A DNA stretch of 64,000 nucleotides from a virus: positions 1 to 64,000 of the IMG/VR virus record IMGVR_UViG_3300005573_000055, one strand, 5' to 3'. The translations under genes were made by a program, and so were the position numbers. The stretch's first letter is position 1. Each line of letters begins with the position of its first letter. Shown one piece after another: positions 1 to 9,487 of the stretch. Below the pieces are notes generated by a model. That model saw only the letters and a list, made by a program, of their open reading frames with translations. It was not told the origin of the DNA and ran no database searches.

Positions 1-1520
1 ACATATCAAGTGCATCAACCGCTGATACAGCATACAAACTTGCAACAGCTCGTCAGTTTAGTATTACTGGCGATGCAACAGCGTCTGCTGTAAACTTTGA
101 CGGCACACAAAATGTAACCTTAAATGTTACTCTTGCATCATCTGGAGTAACAGCTGGAACATATCCAAAAGTCACAGTTGATAGCAAAGGAAGAGTAATT
201 GCTGGAGGCTCGCTTTCGGCAAGCGATATACCAAATCTTGATTGGTCTAAAATCACAACAGGCAAACCAACCACACTTGCTGGATATGGAATAACAGATG
301 CTGTTTCTTCTTCAGAAGTTGTTACAACAGCTACTGCAAATAAGATACTTAAGTTAGATAACAATGCAAAATTGCCTGCATCAATCACAGGCAATGCAGA
401 AACTGCAACTAAACTTGCAACAGCAAGAAGCATTGCTCTTATTGGAGATATCTCGGGTAGTAATACATTTGATGGTTCAAACAATATAACAATAACAGCC
501 ACACTTACTTCAGTTGCAACAGCTGGTACATACACAAAAGTTACAATTGACGCCAAAGGCAGGGTTACATCTGGAACTTCTCTTTCTGCTTCAGATATCC
601 CAAATCTCGATTGGTCTAAGATTACTACAGGCAAGCCTACTACACTTGCCGGATATGGAATAACAGATGCTGTCATTAACGGCGGATCTGTACCTAAAAT
701 AACATCAGGCAACGAATCTTTGCTGCCGTCAAGCTCTCAAGCTGGACAGTTATACATAGCCATAGACACCTATAAGATCTATCGCGACACAGGAACATCG
801 TGGAACATAATATCTTCCCGCCAGTGGGAAGATATACTCAACAAACCGTCAACTTACACCCCATCAGCGCACACACATACAATTTCTGATATCACCAATC
901 TTTCCTCCTTTGCTGGCTCAACATCAATTACAACACTTGGCACAATCACCACAGGCGTATGGCAAGCAACTGCTATTTCGCCATCGAAAATTGCGACAGA
1001 TGCATCCAACAGATTTGTAACGGATACACAGATATCGAACTGGAATACTGCTTACACACACAGTCAAACAACACACGTTTTACCAGATGGCACAAACGCA
1101 ACAGGCATGTGGAATATCTCAATTACAGGTACGGCAGGTGCAGTAGACTGGCTAAACATCACAAACAAACCTTCGACATTTACACCTTCAACGCATACAC
1201 ATACTATATCAAGTATTACTGATATCTCTGTAAGTGATGGATATATTCCACATAGAACATCAAGTGGATTAGCTGATAGTCCAATATTTACTAATGGGAC
1301 TAACGTCGGCATTGGGACTACATCTCTCTCTTCCGCCGGACTTGTTGTAGCTAAGGATGTTTCAGGTGCAGCAATAGATGTAGTATCTAAAAGAATCATC
1401 AACGTTGGGACTCCAAGTGCAGACAGTGATGCTGTCAATAAAGCCTATGTAGACACAGCTATAAGTGCGGCTGCTGGATCAAGCGATAGTTTACTTAGCT
1501 ATTTGTTTATTGGTATGTAA
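1..1520 (+). CDS. Tail fibre protein (5' truncated; frame open from position 3)
   Basis: The frame is open upstream of the tracked start at 372. It has two copies of the tail-fibre repeat (AGTYxKVTxDxKGRV...SDIPNLDWSKITTGKPTTLAGYGITDA), W..I.NKPST.TPS.HTH motifs and a C-terminal DAVNKAYVD motif. Confidence 0.9.
   Translation, partial: ISSASTADTAYKLATARQFSITGDATASAVNFDGTQNVTLNVTLASSGVTAGTYPKVTVDSKGRVIAGGSLSASDIPNLDWSKITTGKPTTLAGYGITDAVSSSEVVTTATANKILKLDNNAKLPASITGNAETATKLATARSIALIGDISGSNTFDGSNNITITATLTSVATAGTYTKVTIDAKGRVTSGTSLSASDIPNLDWSKITTGKPTTLAGYGITDAVINGGSVPKITSGNESLLPSSSQAGQLYIAIDTYKIYRDTGTSWNIISSRQWEDILNKPSTYTPSAHTHTISDITNLSSFAGSTSITTLGTITTGVWQATAISPSKIATDASNRFVTDTQISNWNTAYTHSQTTHVLPDGTNATGMWNISITGTAGAVDWLNITNKPSTFTPSTHTHTISSITDISVSDGYIPHRTSSGLADSPIFTNGTNVGIGTTSLSSAGLVVAKDVSGAAIDVVSKRIINVGTPSADSDAVNKAYVDTAISAAAGSSDSLLSYLFIGM
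40..672 (+). repeat. Intragenic tandem duplication (~370 bp period) in tail fibre
   Basis: About 226-305 and 593-672 are near-identical in DNA and both encode DIPNLDWSKITTGKPTTLAGYGITDAV. Confidence 0.85.
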
Positions 1521-1553
1521 TTAGTATTATACAATTTTTAAGGATCTAAGACA

Positions 1554-1895
1554 ATGGAAAACAAAATACTCTTCTTTGGTACATCTAACACAACTCAAAA
1601 GCAATGCTATACTGTGCCAAGTGGCACAAAAGCTATCTTAAGCTTAATTCACATTGTCAACACCACAGGAAATCCGCTTACTATTTCTGTACACATAGTA
1701 CCATCTGGCAGCTCGCCGTCAGCCGACAATGCTATCTTTTATAGAGAAATGTTAAAACCATATGGTTATTTTCAAAATATAGCTCCGTTTAATCTTGAAG
1801 CGCAGTATTCAGTTTATGTAACCATACATGACATATCGCCGACAAGCAATATACTAACAATATTTCTTTCCGGTGCAGAAATAACAACATCATAG
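1554..1895 (+). CDS. Small beta-rich virion/tail-associated protein
   Basis: The YTVPSGTKAIL..IHIVNTT...SGAEI pattern is common in small phage proteins next to fibre genes. Confidence 0.6.
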   Translation: MENKILFFGTSNTTQKQCYTVPSGTKAILSLIHIVNTTGNPLTISVHIVPSGSSPSADNAIFYREMLKPYGYFQNIAPFNLEAQYSVYVTIHDISPTSNILTIFLSGAEITTS

Positions 1896-1905
1896 GAGTT
1901 TTAAG

Positions 1906-4900
1906 ATGGCTATAGATTTATCTCAAAATAAAGAACTAAGTTCTCTTATATCTAAAGACAAGATAAGTGCTAAGTTCTTGGAAAACATTAACCGCGGAGA
2001 TATCGTTGTTGTAGATTACGACGAAAACAATAACCAAGCTCTTGCAAGAAAGCTTATCACTAATCTAAGTGATGTTCCGCTTACATACCAGATGCTTGGA
2101 GAAGCTGCAGGCGGCGTAGGATGGATTGTTCAGCTTGATGAAACAACGGGTGTTTTTGGTTATACTTCAAATAGTGCTTTTATAATGATCCCATTTAAAG
2201 TTAATGATGACAAAAGCATGTCATTTGGTAGCGCTGCAAGATATTCTGATAAAACATATATAGGCCTTGTGCATGGCGTAAAAATATCAGACAGTACTGG
2301 CATATTTGCCGTGTATGCTACTAGCAGTCCTTGTGTAACACTTTATGGATTTTATCTTGATAAAAACACATTATCAATAAGTTCATCGACAACCACCGTC
2401 TCAACCGGTTATTACTCTTCTAGTTATCGATTAAGACTGATTCCACTTGCATATAATAAATGTGCTGTTATCTATGGAAATGATAGTAATTATGCGTATT
2501 GGTCTTACTTTTCATATACTGTTAGCAGCAGTTCTATCTCTTTAAGCAGTCCGTCAACCGAAGCTTCGCTGCCTGACAATTATATGTGGCAAGGTACGGG
2601 CTGTTCATTGCCCGATGGCTCTGGTTTAGTATTACATGCTTCCTCAAATTTTTGGTATATCTATAGATTGATACCTACTACTACAGCAGTAAATATAATT
2701 AGTATTAAATCTGGATATTCTGAATATCCATCTGCAAGTACTGCACGGTTTTACGATGCTGTATCTTTTGAAAATGGTGTTGCTTTTATATATGGAACCA
2801 ATCTTTATTTTATGCGATGTATTCCTGCTTTAAACTTTTTTGATTATTACAATACACAATTAATCAGCACTAATTTTTCATATTTTGCATATTTATATAA
2901 CTATATTTCCAATAATATTCAAACTCTTATAGCTTTATCGAGTGGCGGACGTTCGATAAAACTATTTCGCCGAGAAAGTGATACAAACTTTATATCGCAG
3001 TCATACACCATCGTATATAATAGCTGCGGATTGGTAATTTCTAATGGTAATTTTTACGTTTTAGAATCGGTTTACCCTAATGCCACAGTATTTTGCAATA
3101 CAGGTATCGCTCTTTTATATAACGGTTCAGCTTCTTCTAAACAAAGTAATCTTAAATTGCCGCTTTACTCTGACACAATAAGTCGATATGCAGACAACGC
3201 ACATGCCGCTCTGCTTAATTCAAATACTGTTGTAGAAGCTTTTGTAGGTTCCGTTATTGGCTATATAAGACTTGGAACGATAAACACAGATAATACAATT
3301 ATATGGACATCCCCCATTCAATTTGCTTCTTCTGTTGCTAATCTAAATGGAATTGGCACATCAATAAAAGTTGTTATTACTGGTACAAACACAGGCGTAA
3401 TCATTTATGGATATTCAAGTACCTTATATGCGATAGCATTTAGCATTGATAATAACACATTTACTTTTGGAACAGCGGTATCTCTAAGCTCATCTTTTAG
3501 TTCGTCTTACAGCATTGATGCAGTGCTTATCGATACAGACAAAATAGCAGTTACAAGTGTCAACTCATCTAATTATCCGATAGCCGTTATTTTAACAAAA
3601 AACAATCTTACATTATCATTTGGAACTTCTGTTGTCATATACAGCGGTTCGCCTGGAAATGGCCAGTCTGCAATAATTTCAAAGCTTGGTACAAATAAAT
3701 TTCTTGTAAGTTATGTATATAGTTCTACTGTTGGATGTAAAGTGGCTACGGTATCTGGTACAACAATATCGCTTGGCAGTGAAACGTCTGTTGGTTCAGG
3801 AGGCTATGTTCAAGCTATTTCTGTTAGTACAGATTCAGCTGTTATATATAGGCCTTCTTATCTTAGTATAATTTCTGTAAGTGGCACAACAGCTACTGTG
3901 TCAAACAACATAAATTATTCATGGCTTTTATCATCATGGATACCATTTGATTTTAAGCTTACAGGCAACTATGCAATTTTAGCTCTTAAAGAAAATGCAT
4001 CTGAATATTGCTTGATGCATGTGATATTTGATATATCAAATAACTATGCTGTATATGGCGAAAGCTGTCTATCAAGAATAAATTTTAATACAAGTTACGC
4101 TTTAGGATATGTACTCCCTATAGATTCAACGAAGTTTTTGCTCGGGCATGCATATTCCAGTTTCTATGCTCATGGATTATATTCAATTGATAACAATGAG
4201 TATGATTCATTATTAACATTGACAGACATATCTCAATCTGTTTTCCGTCCTATAAACCAAACACAGATACTTAGAGTATGTTATACTTCTTCGCTTTATG
4301 TACAGATCATAGAAAAAACACCGCTTGGATTTGTTGGATACAGTCAAACTACAATAAGCGGTAACTCTATTTCAAGTTATATTCTTGAACAGCTTGATAC
4401 TAATAAATTTGTTGTTGGATATTATTGTCCAGGTAATGGTTATGTATATGCCAATGTTCTTACAGTCTCCGGTACGTCAGTTTCTGTTGGCTCATCAAGT
4501 TATTTCTATACGAGTACATATATTGATGGAAAACAACTAAGTATAGCTGTACTTGATATATCTAAATTCGTTTGTGCATATGGATATAATTCACCAACAT
4601 ATGTATGTGTTGGCACCGTCTCTGGAACAAGTGTCAGTTTTGGATCTGTCTATAACTATAATGGGTATGGTCAAATTATCGCAATAGATAATACAAGATG
4701 CGCACTATTTGCTTATGATGGAGCATATGTTCTTTCTATTTCAGGTACTTCTGTATCAGCTACATCACAATATACTTATCCAACTTCATTTTATGGCACT
4801 TCCTATACAGTGCGAGCAATAAAAAATGGATCAGACTACATAGTGTTTGGACAGATATATCAAAATTCGCAGTACTACTTATACTCATACACTTTTACGC

Positions 4901-6498
4901 TTAATGGTAATAGTTTTACTCTTAAAAACTCTACTCAGTATAATTCTATTAATTCAAGCAGTGCTTACCGTTTATATAACGTTATAAATTCTGGTTCACA
5001 TTATTTATTATATACAGCCAACGGTGCCACTGGACATAATACGTATATATTCAACAACGACAACAGTGTAACATACCTTAGATCTTTGCTTAGTGCAAGA
5101 GTGCCATTTTTACTTAATAGTAACAGCTATGTATCTTATGGAAACTCGTTAGGGCTAATTGTTAAGATTGATCCACAGCAAAATGATGTTAGCTATTATT
5201 ACCTTAAACAAACTCCGATGATATATTTGAATTCTCCTAATTCTGCAACACAGATACGTATTGTAAAAGTAAAAGACGATTTCTATGCTGTTGGATATTT
5301 AGCAAATACTGACTTATACTGCTCCTTTATTAAAAAAGATTCGTCTGGCAATTATACAATAACCACAACATACATAACAACATCTGTTAACTCATTTGAT
5401 CTCGTTGCCGCTAATCATAGTGCTATCGCAATTGCATATCGTAGTTCTTCGAATATGTATATTTGTTCTCTTACAACAGGCGGAAGCCTGGGGTCAGCTC
5501 TGTCGTGGACCTGTGATAGTGCTGCAACGCCATCTATTTTTAGAGTTGGATATAATCGTGTTGCTTTGTTTTTCCGATATGATGCCACATATACATCTGG
5601 ATGTTTGCTTAATGTTGATGGATCGTATATGTCTACTATTGCAAGCTCTTCATCACTCCTGTCTACGACGCTTGCTGCATTTGCTCAAGGTCAAAGTGAT
5701 ACTATTTATGCTCTTTACTATTCCAGTGGTTTTAAGATTGTACCAATAACATGTGGTAATAACTTTAACACATCTACAGCTGTTTCTGTTACACTGCCGT
5801 CCACCATTACTAATATCACTGCTTTTGGGCGTTCTTGTTATGTGCCTTCTAAAAACATGGTGGTATTTAGCATTATTTATAACAATATACTGTACCTCAT
5901 ACTTTATGATCCTCTTACCGCAACAGTTAAAGATACAAGGCTTGTAGCTCAGGTAAACTATACAGATTCTCCTGCAAGTAAAGGTTTTGATTTGATGATC
6001 TCCCCGGACGAAAAGATATTTGTAATATATTCAACAAGTACATCTTACTCAATAAGAACATTGCAGGTATTTAATATTACATCATCAAATCAATTTCAGC
6101 TTGAAACAACATATCAGCTCGGCCGAGGTTATTATGTTTCAGCTGTTTATGAAAAAACAGCCTCCGGCAATGAATTTATTGTTACAACAAATTCACAAGC
6201 AATCAGCCAGTATGATATAAATATTGATATGCTCTATCCTTTGCCATACTGGAAAAATCTTGGTATAGCAGAAGAATCCGGTAATGCTGATGAGATTCAT
6301 CAGATTTCTACTTATGGCGATATTACATCTGCATTCAGCAACCTTCTTCCACGACAGCCTTACTATATAAACACCAAGAATGGCAAATTGACAATTAACA
6401 AGGATACCGTGCTATTTGGATATGCTCTTTCTACAAATATGATGCTTATCAAGCCAAAGCTGTCTGAAAGCCAGGACTTTTTATCCTTTAAATATTAA
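1906..6498 (+). CDS. Large Ser/Tyr-rich repeat (beta-propeller-like) virion protein, putative receptor-binding or decoration protein
   Basis: 1530 aa with repeated V.TVSGT.(I/V)S.GS blades. N-terminal ENINRGDIVVV and C-terminal LGIA...YYI...GYALS motifs flank the repeats. AGGAG RBS. Confidence 0.65.
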   Translation: MAIDLSQNKELSSLISKDKISAKFLENINRGDIVVVDYDENNNQALARKLITNLSDVPLTYQMLGEAAGGVGWIVQLDETTGVFGYTSNSAFIMIPFKVNDDKSMSFGSAARYSDKTYIGLVHGVKISDSTGIFAVYATSSPCVTLYGFYLDKNTLSISSSTTTVSTGYYSSSYRLRLIPLAYNKCAVIYGNDSNYAYWSYFSYTVSSSSISLSSPSTEASLPDNYMWQGTGCSLPDGSGLVLHASSNFWYIYRLIPTTTAVNIISIKSGYSEYPSASTARFYDAVSFENGVAFIYGTNLYFMRCIPALNFFDYYNTQLISTNFSYFAYLYNYISNNIQTLIALSSGGRSIKLFRRESDTNFISQSYTIVYNSCGLVISNGNFYVLESVYPNATVFCNTGIALLYNGSASSKQSNLKLPLYSDTISRYADNAHAALLNSNTVVEAFVGSVIGYIRLGTINTDNTIIWTSPIQFASSVANLNGIGTSIKVVITGTNTGVIIYGYSSTLYAIAFSIDNNTFTFGTAVSLSSSFSSSYSIDAVLIDTDKIAVTSVNSSNYPIAVILTKNNLTLSFGTSVVIYSGSPGNGQSAIISKLGTNKFLVSYVYSSTVGCKVATVSGTTISLGSETSVGSGGYVQAISVSTDSAVIYRPSYLSIISVSGTTATVSNNINYSWLLSSWIPFDFKLTGNYAILALKENASEYCLMHVIFDISNNYAVYGESCLSRINFNTSYALGYVLPIDSTKFLLGHAYSSFYAHGLYSIDNNEYDSLLTLTDISQSVFRPINQTQILRVCYTSSLYVQIIEKTPLGFVGYSQTTISGNSISSYILEQLDTNKFVVGYYCPGNGYVYANVLTVSGTSVSVGSSSYFYTSTYIDGKQLSIAVLDISKFVCAYGYNSPTYVCVGTVSGTSVSFGSVYNYNGYGQIIAIDNTRCALFAYDGAYVLSISGTSVSATSQYTYPTSFYGTSYTVRAIKNGSDYIVFGQIYQNSQYYLYSYTFTLNGNSFTLKNSTQYNSINSSSAYRLYNVINSGSHYLLYTANGATGHNTYIFNNDNSVTYLRSLLSARVPFLLNSNSYVSYGNSLGLIVKIDPQQNDVSYYYLKQTPMIYLNSPNSATQIRIVKVKDDFYAVGYLANTDLYCSFIKKDSSGNYTITTTYITTSVNSFDLVAANHSAIAIAYRSSSNMYICSLTTGGSLGSALSWTCDSAATPSIFRVGYNRVALFFRYDATYTSGCLLNVDGSYMSTIASSSSLLSTTLAAFAQGQSDTIYALYYSSGFKIVPITCGNNFNTSTAVSVTLPSTITNITAFGRSCYVPSKNMVVFSIIYNNILYLILYDPLTATVKDTRLVAQVNYTDSPASKGFDLMISPDEKIFVIYSTSTSYSIRTLQVFNITSSNQFQLETTYQLGRGYYVSAVYEKTASGNEFIVTTNSQAISQYDINIDMLYPLPYWKNLGIAEESGNADEIHQISTYGDITSAFSNLLPRQPYYINTKNGKLTINKDTVLFGYALSTNMMLIKPKLSESQDFLSFKY

Positions 6499-6526
6499 TA
6501 ATAATGTTAATAACAATTGTAGGTGA

Positions 6527-7336
6527 ATGAATATGTATATTTTACTTAATGAAAACAACCTTATTGTATATGCAACATTTAACAGATTAACATATGTAAA
6601 TGGTACTGTATCTGAAGTCAGCCAATCTGATAACTCGGAGATTGTACGTTTTCCTCTCTACAATGAAAGCAATTCATCGATTGTAGAGCTTGAGGAAACA
6701 ATCCCGCCGGGTCTTATTGTCAACAAGTATCGGTATGAAAATGGCAATTTCATTTATATACCAAATGAAGATCCATTTGGAGGCAGCTTTTTTGAGAATG
6801 TAATTATTGGGCTAAATGATTTTCCTCTTGAGTTTGCTGAGGTTTATATTGATGAAAGAGTAAATAAAACTATAGAATCGCTTAAAACATTTCATCAGAC
6901 GCATCCATCGTTTGATAATTCTCTTATACGAGGATTATTCTTTCTTGACGTGCCAGATGAACAATTAGACGAAGATGAACTTGCACTAAAACGCTTAGCT
7001 GAGAATTATAAAAATAAGTTGCGCGCACGTTATAAAATTGCTTTGCAGGTAGGTGATATATATGACTTAATAGCTGATCTATCTAAACAGATAAATATCC
7101 TAACAGGGCTGGTGGTCAGAATGTATTCACATCTTGAACTTGATATTAACTACCCAGAAGCAATCAAAGAGAATTACGATAATTTTATTAATTATTATAG
7201 AACAGCTGTCGACAGCGGCCAGTATAAAGACCGCGCAGATCTTGAAAATCCTACCGAACTGGTAGCAAAGCTTATGGAAAGAAATAACTTTATTGCTGAT
7301 ATAGTAAAGACTGAATATCTTGATAAAAGACTGTAA
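6527..7336 (+). CDS. Hypothetical protein, possibly tail fibre assembly
   Basis: 269 aa ORF with RBS, directly after the fibre-like genes. Confidence 0.5.
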   Translation: MNMYILLNENNLIVYATFNRLTYVNGTVSEVSQSDNSEIVRFPLYNESNSSIVELEETIPPGLIVNKYRYENGNFIYIPNEDPFGGSFFENVIIGLNDFPLEFAEVYIDERVNKTIESLKTFHQTHPSFDNSLIRGLFFLDVPDEQLDEDELALKRLAENYKNKLRARYKIALQVGDIYDLIADLSKQINILTGLVVRMYSHLELDINYPEAIKENYDNFINYYRTAVDSGQYKDRADLENPTELVAKLMERNNFIADIVKTEYLDKRL

Positions 7337-7363
7337 ATAGCTAAATAACAGAGGAGGTCCCCC

Positions 7364-7555
7364 ATGGCACGCAAGCGTAAAAGTCGTATCTATATACGCC
7401 CTTCAAGACGAGGAAGTTTTACAGCAAAAGCAAAAAGAAAAGGAATGGGTGTTCAAGCTTTTGCTAGATATGTGCTTTCTCATAAAAAGAAATTCTCTAA
7501 AGCTACTATTAAACAAGCTGTTTTTGCGCGCAATGCAAGAAAATTCAAGCATTGA
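7364..7555 (+). CDS. Small highly basic protein, putative DNA-binding or virion core protein
   Basis: Strong GAGGAGG RBS. K/R-rich. The IYIRPSRRGSFTA.AKR.GM.VQ.FAR.VL...AVFARNARKFKH motif resembles a small domain I recall from crAss-like phage proteins. Confidence 0.75.
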   Translation: MARKRKSRIYIRPSRRGSFTAKAKRKGMGVQAFARYVLSHKKKFSKATIKQAVFARNARKFKH

Positions 7556-7603
7556 TATTGTCCATTAATATCAGCTAAATATCAAATTAAGGAGATCTCA
7601 AGC

Positions 7604-8230
7604 ATGATACGACTTGGCGATATTATTCTTGTAAATTCCTTGCATGGCAGTATATTCTCTAAGCTAATTAAGTTCTTTACCAAACATCTGGCTAAAAAGC
7701 ATGGTGTAGATGAGTATACGCATGCTATGTATTGCGCCGGTGATGCGGGCTTAGATACTCCGAGTGTTATCAGTGCTGAGTATACAATTGCTATGATGCC
7801 CTACAACTTGTGGGCTGATAATCCACAAGATTATAGACTTGATAGATTTATAATTAACGACAATCTTACAGAAGAAGAAGTTCGCAAAATTATAATCCCA
7901 ATCTACCGCTTAAGTGTGGGCCATCCATACGGCTGGAAGGAACTATTTTGGTTTATATACCGCTGGATTGCTGAAAAACTTTCCATCAGGATCAATCTTA
8001 AGCATAATTGGTATGTTCTGGGTGATATATGTTCTGAAAATACTTATAGATACTTGCTTGCAAGACTTAAATATGCATATGAAAAGTGTGAAAATGCATT
8101 TAAGAAGCAGCTTATCATTAATGCTATTAAAGACTTAGAGGTATTCAGTGAAAATACTGTCCATCCTGTTGATTTAGCTATTATCATGAAAAGATATCCA
8201 AATTTGTTCACAAAATACACAGTGCAATGA
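7604..8230 (+). CDS. Permuted papain-like (YiiX/YaeF, NlpC/P60) amidase/peptidase
   Basis: GDIIL at the N-terminus, YTHA (His), PYGW and ICSE (Cys) in permuted order. Confidence 0.75.
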   Translation: MIRLGDIILVNSLHGSIFSKLIKFFTKHLAKKHGVDEYTHAMYCAGDAGLDTPSVISAEYTIAMMPYNLWADNPQDYRLDRFIINDNLTEEEVRKIIIPIYRLSVGHPYGWKELFWFIYRWIAEKLSIRINLKHNWYVLGDICSENTYRYLLARLKYAYEKCENAFKKQLIINAIKDLEVFSENTVHPVDLAIIMKRYPNLFTKYTVQ

Positions 8231-8415
8231 AAAAGCTTCCAAAGTTTGAAACTATATATGAATTATATGCAGTCCTTCGTGAGAATATCGAAGACAAGGA
8301 ATTGTGCATTAGGCTTCTAAGGAAGCTTATTATTGATATACGTATTGATACATATAAACGAATAGAAAAATTACAATCAAGGGGCAATCATGATACCAAA
8401 GAAGACATCCAGTGA
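8227..8415 (+). CDS. Hypothetical protein
   Basis: 62 aa ORF overlapping both neighbours, with ATGA coupling to the upstream gene. Confidence 0.5.
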   Translation: MKKLPKFETIYELYAVLRENIEDKELCIRLLRKLIIDIRIDTYKRIEKLQSRGNHDTKEDIQ

Positions 8416-9487
8416 TCTGGTAAAAGAGATGTTTGATCATATTAAGGCCACTACTGGCATAAACAGTTCTTCGCCGGGGAGTGTGCTTCGTGGCTTGCTT
8501 GAAATCTTAGGTAAAAACTTTGAGAGTTTATATTCGCTGCTTGATACTACCGCTTTAATGAGCAGCATTTTTGATGCCAGTGGAGACTATCTTGACAGTC
8601 TTGGCTACATGGTGGGCTTAAAACGCCTGCCTTCGACTAAAGCTTATGTAACATTAAGATTTACAGCACCCGTAGGAACTGTAATCCAAGCTGGAGTGCC
8701 TGTTTCTGATGGCCAGTTGGTATTTTTTACATTAGATAGTATAGTATTTGATGCTGGCAATGCCAGTAAAGATGTACTCGCTATAGCTGAATATGGCGGC
8801 GCAAAGTATAATGTTCCTGCTAACACATTAACGAAATGCAATATTCAAGGTGTTTCAGTAACTAATCCATATCCAGCTTATGGCGGGGCTGACCAGGAAG
8901 ATGACGCTTCCTTTCGTTTTAGAATAGCAAATTCCCCTTTTCTTCGCTCTACAGGCAATGAAAAAGCTTTGGTATCGGCTGTAATGTCAATCCCAGCTGT
9001 TGCAGATGCTGTATATATAGATAAACACTTTGGCAATGGTACTGCTGCAATAATGATAAGACCAGTCAGTTTGAGTTCTGACAATACACGAATACTCGAA
9101 ATTGCGCAATCGCTCGTAGATGCACTCAAGCCAGCTGGCAGTATGGTCAAGGTGATTCTGCCGTCAATGTCAAAAGTTTATCTGGATATCAAACTTAGCT
9201 TTATCGATACAGAAGATAGTAATATTAAAGAAAGTATAAAGACAGCTATTAAAACGTATATCGATAATCTTGATATTGGCGAAGGAGTATTGTTTGACAG
9301 CATTCTGCGTGTAATCTACAATACATCCTCCCAGGTGGACGCACAAAATACACATATAGCTGGAGCGCATATAGAAAGAGTTATTAGCGATGGTATAATA
9401 CAGATGACTTCTGTTGATATGCTTGATGGTGGTCTTACACCATTTGAATTTGAGAAATTTACGTTTGGAGATGTTTTATGGCTGTAA
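8390..9487 (+). CDS. Baseplate J-like (wedge) protein
   Basis: PGSVLRGLLE, ASGDYLDSLG..VGL.R and GGADQEDDASFRFRI motifs typical of Baseplate_J, indicating a contractile tail. Confidence 0.9.
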   Translation: MIPKKTSSDLVKEMFDHIKATTGINSSSPGSVLRGLLEILGKNFESLYSLLDTTALMSSIFDASGDYLDSLGYMVGLKRLPSTKAYVTLRFTAPVGTVIQAGVPVSDGQLVFFTLDSIVFDAGNASKDVLAIAEYGGAKYNVPANTLTKCNIQGVSVTNPYPAYGGADQEDDASFRFRIANSPFLRSTGNEKALVSAVMSIPAVADAVYIDKHFGNGTAAIMIRPVSLSSDNTRILEIAQSLVDALKPAGSMVKVILPSMSKVYLDIKLSFIDTEDSNIKESIKTAIKTYIDNLDIGEGVLFDSILRVIYNTSSQVDAQNTHIAGAHIERVISDGIIQMTSVDMLDGGLTPFEFEKFTFGDVLWL

